A DNA stretch of 51,691 nucleotides from a bacterium. Its GTDB lineage: Bacteria > Patescibacteriota > Dojkabacteria > B142 > OLB20. Under the pieces are notes generated by a model. It was not told the origin of the DNA, made no database searches, and saw nothing but the letters and a program-made list of their open reading frames with translations. The DNA is taken from positions 1 through 51,691 of the forward strand of contig JAJTYI010000006.1 in the NCBI GenBank assembly GCA_021463645.1. Reading direction: 5' to 3'. Below, piece after piece: positions 36,826 through 45,872 of the stretch. The position numbers and the translations under genes are program-made. Numbering within the stretch: the stretch's first letter is position 1; each line of letters begins with the position of its first letter.

Positions 36826-39039
36826 TCAGCCCAAATATTGAGAAAGTAGCACCCTACTCTGCTTCTCCCACGAATTCTCTTCTACATACCTACGGACTTT
36901 GGAAAGTTCGCTCTGATACAAGTTGTTATTTTCAAGGAGAACTTTGACACCATCAGCAATAGTTGCTGGCTTGTTGTCATTTATACGGAAACCGACATCT
37001 CCTAAATCACTAAAGATGGCTGAATTCGTTATTATAACTGGTCTTTGAGAAGCGAAAGAGTATCGTACTGCCCCACTCGCTCCTTCTTGTAAATCAGAAT
37101 ACGGAAGTACAATCAAATCAGCAATATGCAACAACTTGATAATCTCTTGTTTTTCAATAAAATCTGAAACAAAGATAACATTATCCACCAAATTATTTTC
37201 TCTCACTTTTTCTTTCATCTGATTGAACACAGCCGATGATGTTGAATTGTCTGTATTTACTGCATTGATGCTTAAAAACAATATTTTAGGGAAATCATCC
37301 TTTAAAATCTTCAGTGCTTCTATTGTTTCTAGCAAACCTTTGTGTTCATGTATTAAACCATGAGAAGCGATGATAGGTGTATGATTTATTTCAAGTTTTT
37401 GTCTTAATTTTTCTTTATTTTCATCTGAGAATACTTTTACACCATGTGTAAATATTTCCACATTATTTATGCCCCCCTGCTTTAGTTTCTCAAAGTCTTT
37501 TTGTGAATGAACGACAATCTTGTCTACCCGAGACAAGTCTTCAGAGTATTTTTTGAGATTAACTTCCGGAATAGAATGAATTGTCAAAAGCACCTGTTTT
37601 TTTCTATTTTTCAATTCTTTTACGAGTATAGAAAGTGAATCTAGTGAATAAAATGGACCATTGTATTGAATATGAACTAATTCTGGATCAAACTTATCAA
37701 TTTCTAGTAATGTTGATGAAAAATCCTTTTCAGAATATTCCCAAGTCCTTACAATTTTTTCATTGTCTTTAAAAACTATTTCAGCATCAGAATTTGCAAA
37801 ATAATTAACCTCATTAAACGCTCCCTCAATCAATGGATACAAGTCCTTGCTGTATTCTGCAATTCCGCATTTAGAGTTGTACGTCGTTATTACAGCTAAT
37901 TTCTGCTCTTTTAATGGTTTAATTTTCTTCAAATATTCTATGAATTCTAGTACTTTCTTAGAAGTCCACTCCCAAGTTAGAGTCTTGGCTGTGTTATATG
38001 CTTTCTCGACTTTTGAATTAACTTCCAACTCACCACGATTCTCGAAAAGATAACGCATTTTTTTCTTAAGTTGCTCAATGTCTGGTTCTGCCCAATAGGA
38101 ATTGTGCAAATCTAGTTGCGACTCTGCCTTAACAAGTTCGTAATCAATTAACCATGCATTTTCATCAGAAACGAAGTCCATCTGTCCACTATATGCAGTT
38201 GTAACGACAGGAAGTTGCTTTAACATCGCTTCGGCAACAGGTAATCCGAAACCTTCAGCTCTACTTGGAATAATTACAGCATCAGATTGTTCATACAGAG
38301 AAGCAATCTGTCCTTCAGTTAAATTTAAATCATAAATCACTTCAATTTCAGGAGAATTGCTTTTATCCAAGTCTTTTAATAATTCGGGGATAATGTTTGA
38401 TTCATTACGATATGTTTTGATAATAAGAGAGACGTCCTCAGTAGCACCAAATTCCTCAGTAAAAGCTTTGATTAAAACGTCCACACCTTTTCGTGGCAAC
38501 CCTGAACTAATATGCAAAAACTTATATCCTCTCTTGGTTTTCAATTTATAATCCTCGGACTTCAACAAATTCTGATTAATCCCTTCGCTGACATTTACAA
38601 TAGGGATTGTTAAACCCGAGTTTCGCATAACTTGCAAGACATGTTCGCTGGTGACCATCAATCCATGTAACTCTCGATTAAATTCTTCAATAATTTTATG
38701 TGGAAAAACGGATTCCTCCCAAGCCAAATAGCCAATCTTGATATCCGCATCAACCTTATCCAAACCGAAACTGTGTGGGAATGTTTTAGGGAAAGTATTG
38801 ATAATTGCAACTTCACAATGCCCCTTTTCCTCTGCGTATATATCTTTCAGAAAAGGATATCTAGCAAAATCATCCTTGGTGGGAAGACGATCGGCAACAT
38901 TGTGGTCACCCCAGAGCCTTATCTCGTACTCATCTGTGAGAGATGCTAGACTTGTCGCAAGTTCACGGTTCACTTTCGCCAATGAATACTCAGTAGCATA
39001 AGGTCCGATGATTCGAATTTCGGGCTTATTTTGACTCAT
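36826..39039 (-). CDS. tandem double GT4 glycosyltransferase
   Basis: 737 aa with two GT-B/GT4 halves. The first contains AEGFGLPVAEA. The second contains GLIHEHKGL and QEGASGAVRYSFA. Confidence 0.8.
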   Translation of the reverse strand: MSQNKPEIRIIGPYATEYSLAKVNRELATSLASLTDEYEIRLWGDHNVADRLPTKDDFARYPFLKDIYAEEKGHCEVAIINTFPKTFPHSFGLDKVDADIKIGYLAWEESVFPHKIIEEFNRELHGLMVTSEHVLQVMRNSGLTIPIVNVSEGINQNLLKSEDYKLKTKRGYKFLHISSGLPRKGVDVLIKAFTEEFGATEDVSLIIKTYRNESNIIPELLKDLDKSNSPEIEVIYDLNLTEGQIASLYEQSDAVIIPSRAEGFGLPVAEAMLKQLPVVTTAYSGQMDFVSDENAWLIDYELVKAESQLDLHNSYWAEPDIEQLKKKMRYLFENRGELEVNSKVEKAYNTAKTLTWEWTSKKVLEFIEYLKKIKPLKEQKLAVITTYNSKCGIAEYSKDLYPLIEGAFNEVNYFANSDAEIVFKDNEKIVRTWEYSEKDFSSTLLEIDKFDPELVHIQYNGPFYSLDSLSILVKELKNRKKQVLLTIHSIPEVNLKKYSEDLSRVDKIVVHSQKDFEKLKQGGINNVEIFTHGVKVFSDENKEKLRQKLEINHTPIIASHGLIHEHKGLLETIEALKILKDDFPKILFLSINAVNTDNSTSSAVFNQMKEKVRENNLVDNVIFVSDFIEKQEIIKLLHIADLIVLPYSDLQEGASGAVRYSFASQRPVIITNSAIFSDLGDVGFRINDNKPATIADGVKVLLENNNLYQSELSKVRRYVEENSWEKQSRVLLSQYLG

Positions 39040-39427
39040 CTTTATGTTTTCCCTCTAATTTATCAAGTCTTTCCTTTAAATCACGATTTTCATTATATAA
39101 ATGCATTAATAAAGTGTATGAATTATCATTGAATTTCTGTTGCCTCATAACGCTCTTTTCAACAACATTTCTGGCAACATTGCCAATTTTTCCGAGTGTG
39201 AGATTTTTCAATTTACCAATTATTCCTGATTTCTCAAATAGAAAAGGCTCATAGATAAATCTCCCTGCATCGCGGAATTTATCCAAAGCTGGAAGAAGAT
39301 AAGTTTCTACTTCATTCTCAAGTTCAACCTTGTCTTGAGTTGATAAACCCTCTTTTTTTAGGACTTGCCTCACCCTATCGAGCAACTGCTCTCCTCTTAC
39401 GACTGACTCTAGTTTCGAATTAGACAT
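39026..39427 (-). CDS. hypothetical coiled-coil protein
   Basis: 133 aa, helical and charged, with C-terminal ENRDLKERLDKLEGK. It overlaps the double GT4 gene by 14 nt. Confidence 0.45.
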   Translation of the reverse strand: MSNSKLESVVRGEQLLDRVRQVLKKEGLSTQDKVELENEVETYLLPALDKFRDAGRFIYEPFLFEKSGIIGKLKNLTLGKIGNVARNVVEKSVMRQQKFNDNSYTLLMHLYNENRDLKERLDKLEGKHKDESK

Positions 39428-39484
39428 GATTTACTATAACTAATGGTAGAATTCTACTATAATAAACTGCTAAATTAAACTTCC

Positions 39485-40294
39485 ATGGAGAAACAACCTC
39501 TTGTAGCGATAATAATCGTAACCTGGAACAATCAGGATGAAATACGTAATTGTCTAGACTCCATAAAGAGATCCAGCTACGAAAACTATAAAATCATCAT
39601 TGTTGATAATGCCTCAAAAGACTCCACAACTAAGATAATTAATAAAGATTATCCCGAATTTGACTTAATCAAGAACGAAAGAAACTCCCATTTTACAGGA
39701 GGTAACAATATTGGCTTTAAATATGCAATTGAGAAATACAATCCTGATTTTTTGATGATATTAAATCCTGATACGATTATTGATGATGATGTGATAGATA
39801 AATTAGTCCAGATTGCCACGAACGATGATGGGATTGGTGCGGTCGGACCTAAGATAAAATTCAAAGGTGGCAAAAACGACGGGAAGATTAATTCTGCTAG
39901 TCTTTTTTACGATAATTTCCACTCTGCATATGATCTAGGATTTGGAGAAGTTGATAAAGGCCAGTTTAATGAGACGAAAGAAGTTTTCGCAGTGACTGGT
40001 ACTTGTATATTATTTCGAACAGAAGTGATTAAAAAAACTGGTGGATTTTGGGAAATATTAAAAATGTACACAGACGAAGTTGAATTATTGATTAGGGTGC
40101 ACAAACTGGGCTGGAAAGTTATCTATACCGGAGAAGTGACAGTCTGGCATAAGTATATGAAGTCCACAAATCAAGAACATGAGACCAATTATGATAAACT
40201 GAAGATGAGAAATTGGTTACTTATCGCTTTAAGACACTACAGCGTACGTGATAAACTCAGAATGATTCGAGATTATCTTAAATTTATTTTTTAA
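39485..40294 (+). CDS. GT2 family glycosyltransferase (rhamnosyltransferase-like)
   Basis: 269 aa with VAIIIVTWNN, IIIVDNASKDST and LNPDT. Confidence 0.85.
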   Translation: MEKQPLVAIIIVTWNNQDEIRNCLDSIKRSSYENYKIIIVDNASKDSTTKIINKDYPEFDLIKNERNSHFTGGNNIGFKYAIEKYNPDFLMILNPDTIIDDDVIDKLVQIATNDDGIGAVGPKIKFKGGKNDGKINSASLFYDNFHSAYDLGFGEVDKGQFNETKEVFAVTGTCILFRTEVIKKTGGFWEILKMYTDEVELLIRVHKLGWKVIYTGEVTVWHKYMKSTNQEHETNYDKLKMRNWLLIALRHYSVRDKLRMIRDYLKFIF

Positions 40295-40303
40295 TATTTT
40301 TCA

Positions 40304-40831
40304 ATGAAACCATCACAAGTTACTGAAGAATGGTTGAAGAAACAAAAGTTCACCATCGAGAAAGGAATCACTATTGAAGGAGTATTTATGAAAGAATTGA
40401 AAGCTCATGTTGATGATAGGGGTGATGTTATCGAACTTTGGAGCACTGCATGGCCAGAATATATAGATGGAACCGTTATCAACACAACACACAGCTATCA
40501 AAGTGCTACTGACCCCGGAGTTGTTAAGTGTTGGCATCTGCACGAAATACACACAGACCAATTCACTGTTACAAGAGGGAAACTTCAAGTATCTTTGGTC
40601 GATATCAGAGAAGGCTCCCCTACTTTTGGTAAAGCTAATTACGTAATAATGGGACATGGTATTCCTCGATTTATGAAAATCCCTGCAGGAATTATGCATG
40701 GATGGAAAGCACTTGGAGACAAAGAAAGCATTGTAGTGAATTATCAGTCACACCCGTATGACGCAAGTGACGAGTACAAATACACTTGGGACTGTGTATT
40801 ACCTGAGATTTGGGGACCTCACAATGGCTAA
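40304..40831 (+). CDS. rmlC: dTDP-4-dehydrorhamnose 3,5-epimerase-like cupin
   Basis: 175 aa with DDRGDVIELW, WHLHEIHTDQFTVTRGKLQVSLVDIREGSPTFGK and GWKALG. Confidence 0.75.
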   Translation: MKPSQVTEEWLKKQKFTIEKGITIEGVFMKELKAHVDDRGDVIELWSTAWPEYIDGTVINTTHSYQSATDPGVVKCWHLHEIHTDQFTVTRGKLQVSLVDIREGSPTFGKANYVIMGHGIPRFMKIPAGIMHGWKALGDKESIVVNYQSHPYDASDEYKYTWDCVLPEIWGPHNG

Positions 40832-41258
40832 TCAAGAAGTTAAAGTCTTAAAATTTGATAACATTGGCGACAGTAAAGGTCCCGTAATCAATCTTGATTT
40901 CACTGGGAAAAATATTGTCGAAATACCTGTTTTTTATAGAGAATCAGGGTCCAACCCCGAAGGTCACTTTCATAAAGGTACTGATGCATCATTCGATCCA
41001 CAATTCGTGTATGTATTGAAGGGGAAAATGGAATTTAGCTGTATTTATCCAAACGGACAAACTGAAGTGTTTATAATTGAAGAATTGCAGGGAATCATAC
41101 TCCCAAAGTTGGTTTACCATAGATACAAAACCTTAGATTACACGATATTCTGTGAGCCCAGACTTGAGAAATACGACATTAACAACAATGACAAAATCAT
41201 CTGCTCAGCAGAGGATTATCCAAAGCTAATTTCTGAAATAATAAATAATGAAGAGTAA
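40824..41258 (+). CDS. second cupin-fold protein (possible sugar ketoisomerase/epimerase-like)
   Basis: The start is refined to ATG 40824, giving an 8-nt ATGGCTAA overlap with the rmlC stop. It has a His-containing cupin core (EGHFHKG ... YHRY). The track ORF from 40758 would overlap rmlC by 74 nt. Confidence 0.4.
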   Translation: MANQEVKVLKFDNIGDSKGPVINLDFTGKNIVEIPVFYRESGSNPEGHFHKGTDASFDPQFVYVLKGKMEFSCIYPNGQTEVFIIEELQGIILPKLVYHRYKTLDYTIFCEPRLEKYDINNNDKIICSAEDYPKLISEIINNEE

Positions 41259-42138
41259 AAAAGTACTAGTTATCGGAAGTCATGGATTACTTGGCTCGAC
41301 ATTAGTAAAACTTTTAAAAGAAAAAGGTTACATGGTATTCACTTCTGATATCAGCGATGAAGGTGGGATTGATATCACAAAGCCGGATTCTGTTGAAAAA
41401 CAGTTTAGTAAGGTCAAGCCAGATTTTGTTGTAAACTGTGCAGCATATACAAATGTAGAGGCCTGCGAAGATCCTGAACAATACAAAATTGCTTATGCAG
41501 TAAATGCAGATGGACCTAGAAATCTAGCAGTTGCATCTATCAACCATAATACAAATCTGATACATATCTCCACCGACTATGTTTTCGGGGAAAATAGTGA
41601 GAGAGGTTATGAAGAATCACACATCCCCTATTCTCCTTTAAATAAATATGGTGAGACAAAAGCCGAGGGCGAAACAAATATTATCAAAGAGATGGAAGGA
41701 ATCGTGGAATCGGATTTCATATCGCAAAATACTTTATCCTACATTGTCAGAACCTCTGCTCTTTTCGGAGAAGGTGCAACAAACTTTATCGCAAAAATCC
41801 TTCAATACGCAAAAGAGAAAGAGTTTCTAGAGGTGGTCACGGATGAAGTCGTAAGTCCCACATACGTGAAAGATTTATCAGAGGGAATCATTTATTTAAT
41901 CGAAAACGAACCAAAAGGTGGAATCTACCACTACTCCGGAGAAGGCTCATGCACACGGAATGAATTCGCTAAAGAAATATTGAAATTGGCTGGTATTGAT
42001 ACTCCAGTAAAACCAACCACTCTCGATAAATTTAATCGGAAAGCCAAGATTCCTAATGTTTCGATTTTGAAAAATACGAAGTTCCCGGAGATTAGGAGAT
42101 GGGAGGAGATGTTGGAGGATTTCTTAATACAAAAATGA
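41248..42138 (+). CDS. rmlD: dTDP-4-dehydrorhamnose reductase
   Basis: 296 aa with VIGSHGLLGS, NCAAYTNVEACE, STDYVF and YGETK. Confidence 0.85.
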   Translation: MKSKKVLVIGSHGLLGSTLVKLLKEKGYMVFTSDISDEGGIDITKPDSVEKQFSKVKPDFVVNCAAYTNVEACEDPEQYKIAYAVNADGPRNLAVASINHNTNLIHISTDYVFGENSERGYEESHIPYSPLNKYGETKAEGETNIIKEMEGIVESDFISQNTLSYIVRTSALFGEGATNFIAKILQYAKEKEFLEVVTDEVVSPTYVKDLSEGIIYLIENEPKGGIYHYSGEGSCTRNEFAKEILKLAGIDTPVKPTTLDKFNRKAKIPNVSILKNTKFPEIRRWEEMLEDFLIQK

Positions 42139-42698
42139 AGAAGTTAGAAATAAACCCACAAAAAGTAGCCAAATTAGAAGTAAATTGGTGGAAAGCACAT
42201 CATTATGGTGACAAAAAATCTCTAGTCGTAAATCTCCTAAAACACAATCAAACACTATATGGGATAAACATATTTCAAGCGTTAATACTTGTTAGAACAC
42301 TTGTACCCGCCGCTAAAGCACATAATCAGAGAGACAAAGTTAGTGCCTTAAAACATATGACGGAGTACTACGAAAGAGTCAAGCATTACCTTGGTTCAGA
42401 AATGATTCCTGCAAAAGTTGCAGAAGCAGAAGTCGAAAGTTGGTGGGTTCACGATAATTCTGAAAAGTCATCGGATAAAAGTGCCTTAGTTAAATCTTTT
42501 CAGAGACTCTACTCTAACCTACTCGTTTTGGATGAAAATCATGTAAAGAAACTAGCAGAGCTGAAGACCATTGCGAACACTAATCACGACAAGGCAGAGT
42601 CAACTAAGGACAAAACCGTAGAAGCGCAATATTGGGAAATAACTGAAGATTCGTTGGTAGAGTTTTATGACGAATTAAATTTAGTTATGAAAAAATAA
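42135..42698 (+). CDS. hypothetical all-helical protein
   Basis: The start is refined to ATG 42135, giving an ATGA overlap with the rmlD stop. 187 aa with no recognised family. Confidence 0.45.
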   Translation: MKKLEINPQKVAKLEVNWWKAHHYGDKKSLVVNLLKHNQTLYGINIFQALILVRTLVPAAKAHNQRDKVSALKHMTEYYERVKHYLGSEMIPAKVAEAEVESWWVHDNSEKSSDKSALVKSFQRLYSNLLVLDENHVKKLAELKTIANTNHDKAESTKDKTVEAQYWEITEDSLVEFYDELNLVMKK

Positions 42699-42699
42699 A

Positions 42700-43224
42700 A
42701 TGAATTGGAAAAAGTTAAAGTCTGAGACCGTTTTACAAACACCCTGGATAAAGGTTATTCAGGATGATGTAACAATGCCAAATGGAAAAGAAGGAAAATA
42801 TACATTTATTTCGAGAACCGAGGGTATTGGAATAATTGTTAATATCGATGATGAAATCTTCATGGTCAAACAATATCGGTATCCTACAGGAAAGACTATG
42901 GTACAGTTCCCTTTCGAAGGTCTAGAAGAGGGAGAAAATGAAGAGGAAGGTGCCGTTCGCTGTGCAGTCGAGGAATTAGGTATTGCCGTTACCAATCTCA
43001 AAGTAATAGGCTCTGCATTTGTTGATGCCGGATTAAACACACAAAGAATCACTTATTTCTCTGCCGACTATGATGGAAAAAAGACCGCAACTACTTTCGA
43101 CGAGACTGAGGATATTGAGATAGTAAAGGTGAAGATTTCGGAATTGTCCAATATGATCAAAACTGGTGAAATTGAAGACTTTCATACTATTGTTGGGATT
43201 CATTACTTATTGAATCAGAGTTAA
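42700..43224 (+). CDS. NUDIX hydrolase (nucleoside-diphosphate-sugar/ADP-ribose pyrophosphatase-like)
   Basis: 174 aa with the Nudix box GLEEGENEEEGAVRCAVEELG. Confidence 0.85.
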   Translation: MNWKKLKSETVLQTPWIKVIQDDVTMPNGKEGKYTFISRTEGIGIIVNIDDEIFMVKQYRYPTGKTMVQFPFEGLEEGENEEEGAVRCAVEELGIAVTNLKVIGSAFVDAGLNTQRITYFSADYDGKKTATTFDETEDIEIVKVKISELSNMIKTGEIEDFHTIVGIHYLLNQS

Positions 43225-43289
43225 TAATTATTAGATAGAATCCCTCATCATTGTCATTCCTGCGTATTGTTTTAACTCCTGCGCTTTAT

Positions 43290-43680
43290 TGTCACTCCTG
43301 CGTAGGCAGGAGTCCACCTCAAATTAACACTAAATCATCCCAATTTGGATTCATTTCCTCAATCATTCTAATTTTCCAATTACGTTTCCACTTTTTTACA
43401 TTCTTCTCCCTTCTGATAGCATCCCAAACATAGTTATATACTTCGTAATAAACCAACCGATGAAGAGAATATCTTGATGTAAAGCTATTCTCAATTAGGT
43501 CGTTTTTGTGTTCGTAGACTCGTTTAATTAAATTATTTGTTATCCCTATGTAAAGAGTGCCTTTGTGTTTGTTTGTCATTATGTAGACGTAATAGTATTT
43601 CATGGTGTTATTTTAAAACAGGATTCTGGAAATTTAATGAGTTTTAGGCAAATTGGACCCCTGCCTTCGCAGGGGTGACA
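43290..43680 (-). mobile_element. GIY-YIG cassette copy 1, bounded by inverted 25-26-nt hairpin repeats
   Basis: The left end is TGTCACTCCTGCGTAGGCAGGAGTCC (43290-43315). The right end is GGACCCCTGCCTTCGCAGGGGTGACA (43655-43680), in reverse-complement orientation. The unit is 391 bp, identical in length to copy 2. Confidence 0.55.
43319..43603 (-). CDS. GIY-YIG nuclease family protein (short UPF0213/COG2827-like)
   Basis: 94 aa with YYVYIMTN...GTLYIGITNNL, RVYEHK and REKNVKKWKR. Confidence 0.9.
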   Translation of the reverse strand: MKYYYVYIMTNKHKGTLYIGITNNLIKRVYEHKNDLIENSFTSRYSLHRLVYYEVYNYVWDAIRREKNVKKWKRNWKIRMIEEMNPNWDDLVLI

Positions 43681-43862
43681 ATAGGTGACGTATTGCTAGA
43701 ATAGACTCCTACCCCTGTCTTCACAGGGGTGACATTCATTCGCAGAAGTGACGTTCAGAGTCAGAGATACCTCTTGAGTTCCATGTTCTGCATTCCGGAT
43801 ACTGAACTCTGTACTCTTATCATGTATAATAATCCCAAATCTATTTCATCAACACACAAATA

Positions 43863-44882
43863 ATGAACATACTAATCACAGGAGGGGCGGGTTTTATCGG
43901 ATCGAACTTTACGACATACTGGGCGAATAAATACACAAACGACGACATTGTTGTTTACGATAAACTCACTTATGCAGGTAATATAGAAAACCTGAAAGAA
44001 CTTTTTGACAATCCAAAGTTTAGCTTTGTTGAGGGTGACATTGTTGATGGGGAGTTGTTCGAGAAAACCATTGTTGACCACGAGGTAAATACAATTGTAC
44101 ATTTCGCAGCAGAGACCCATGTTGATAGAAGTATCGAAGGACCGGAAGCATTTGTGCACACAAATATCATGGGAACTTTTAGAATTCTTGAGGTTTTGAG
44201 GAAATACCCCGCAATTAGATTCCACCACATCTCAACAGATGAAGTTTTTGGAGAGTTGCCACTTGATGATCCGAACGCAAAATTTAGTGAAACTACAGCC
44301 TATGATCCACGAAGTCCCTACTCTGCCTCAAAAGCAGCATCAGATCATCTTGTGAGAGCGTATGTGAACACCTACAAGATAAAAGCAACTATTTCGAATT
44401 GTTCGAATAACTATGGTCCTTATTGTTTCCCCGAAAAACTGATTCCTCTTACTATCACAAGAGCAATAAATAATCAGGAAATCCCTGTCTATGGAGATGG
44501 CATGCAAGTCAGAGACTGGATTCATGTGGATGATCACTGCCTTGGCGTCGATCTCATACTCGAAAAAGGTAAACTCGGAGAAACGTACATCTTAGGTGGT
44601 CATGGAGAAAAACCAAACATCTACATCGTGAAAGAAATCCTAAAGCTCCTTAGTAAGCCAGAATCGTTAATAGTTCATGTTGGAGACAGAAAAGGTCATG
44701 ATAAAAGATACGCAATGGATTTCACAAAGGCAAAAAATGAATTAGGATTTGAACCACAAAAACCACTAGAGAAACGACTTGAAGAGACAGTCCAATGGTA
44801 CGTAGATAATCAAGACTGGTGGGCACCTCTTAAAGCCGAAGGCGATAGAATCGCTGAAGGTTACCTACGAAACAGAATCTAA
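43863..44882 (+). CDS. rmlB: dTDP-glucose 4,6-dehydratase
   Basis: 339 aa with TGGAGFIGSNF, YDKLTYAGN, HFAAETHVDRSI, STDEVFG and YSASKAASDHL. Confidence 0.95.
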   Translation: MNILITGGAGFIGSNFTTYWANKYTNDDIVVYDKLTYAGNIENLKELFDNPKFSFVEGDIVDGELFEKTIVDHEVNTIVHFAAETHVDRSIEGPEAFVHTNIMGTFRILEVLRKYPAIRFHHISTDEVFGELPLDDPNAKFSETTAYDPRSPYSASKAASDHLVRAYVNTYKIKATISNCSNNYGPYCFPEKLIPLTITRAINNQEIPVYGDGMQVRDWIHVDDHCLGVDLILEKGKLGETYILGGHGEKPNIYIVKEILKLLSKPESLIVHVGDRKGHDKRYAMDFTKAKNELGFEPQKPLEKRLEETVQWYVDNQDWWAPLKAEGDRIAEGYLRNRI

Positions 44883-44949
44883 GTGCATCGACCTCGCCTC
44901 TATCCATTTCGGAAAGAAAGCGAGGATCGACGAATCTTGATTTATCAAA

Positions 44950-45747
44950 TTAGCATCTCCCTATGCAAATCGCACCATAATCTGAAGTCAAATTTAATAC
45001 ACCTCCGGATTCATCTACTTTCAGTAAAGTTGTATTTCCAACCTCTCGTATCGACAAACCGTTTTTAGCACCGGGTCCATCACCACCCATTCGTATTGTA
45101 GCCTGGTCTCCACTCCATCCGAGTCCAACACCTGCTAAGTTGTTATTATTAGAGCTAATTGATGCACCTCCTCTCGTGGCAATATCTCCGTTTACATCTA
45201 ATTTTGCAATCGGGCTATAGTTGTCAATTCCGACCCTAGTCCCAGTAAAACTCAATGCATCATCTCCCACAAGTATCAATCTAGCGTCATAATCCGAATT
45301 TGTGTCATTGCTGAAATCAAGATATGGAGTGCCTTTGTCACCGAGTTCGATAGAACCACCTTGATCTGGTCGAAGAATTCCACCACCACCCCAACTAATA
45401 TTTCCACTTGGACCATTAATCATCATCCTCAGAATTTCTGCGCCTCTTGGACCTGAATAAAACTCTGTATCAGGGTAATCAGATGCACCTCTTAAAACAA
45501 TTCTGGGTGTTTGTATATTCTTTGAATCAGCAGTAGTGAACTCCATGGTATGAGGCCCGCCTTTTAATCCCTGAGTGATACTTACGTCCATCCCTCCACG
45601 TCCAGCATTAAACAAAGAAAACTGATCTTGAATCTGCCAATTTTTCGACACTATGGCATATACCGTCTCATATTTAAAAGCCATTATCAGGAGGAGTCCA
45701 GAAATCAAAGCCATAGGAATTAGAAACAACATTCTTTTTCGTCTCAT
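44950..45747 (-). CDS. secreted Gly-rich protein with tail-fibre-like motif
   Basis: 265 aa. Signal/TM N-terminus, Gly-rich beta-like repeats, VGIDNYSPIAKLDVNGDI (a motif common in phage tail-fibre and surface beta-helix proteins), and C-terminal CIGRC. Confidence 0.5.
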   Translation of the reverse strand: MRRKRMLFLIPMALISGLLLIMAFKYETVYAIVSKNWQIQDQFSLFNAGRGGMDVSITQGLKGGPHTMEFTTADSKNIQTPRIVLRGASDYPDTEFYSGPRGAEILRMMINGPSGNISWGGGGILRPDQGGSIELGDKGTPYLDFSNDTNSDYDARLILVGDDALSFTGTRVGIDNYSPIAKLDVNGDIATRGGASISSNNNNLAGVGLGWSGDQATIRMGGDGPGAKNGLSIREVGNTTLLKVDESGGVLNLTSDYGAICIGRC

Positions 45748-45872
45748 AATAATTGTACTTTAATAAATAAAATCGCTCTGCAGAGATTTCAACTTGTTTG
45801 ATTTTATTATTTTGTCTAAAGGAAATACTTTGTGTAGTGATACAAGATTTTCTGGGGAAATGATGGCCTCGT

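Noticed and set aside
40758-40823. N-terminal extensions of track ORFs that overlap the upstream gene by 37-74 nt (40758, 42099 and 48913).
   Set aside because: Internal ATG codons at 40824, 42135 and 48964 give the usual short coupled overlaps (8, 4 and 23 nt). They also remove N-terminal sequence that has no family counterpart.
43604-43862. tRNA or tmRNA genes in the GC-rich islands next to the GIY-YIG genes, and also at 33180-33350 and 46187-46391.
   Set aside because: I could draw no cloverleaf. There is no GTTCRANNC T-loop, no acceptor-stem complementarity, and no CCA-proximal structure.
45776-45785. A perfect 10-bp palindrome CTCTGCAGAG about 30 nt upstream of the secreted-protein gene, read as an operator.
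   Set aside because: Perfect 10-bp palindromes are expected dozens of times by chance in about 52 kb. The flanking arms do not extend, and there is no second copy.
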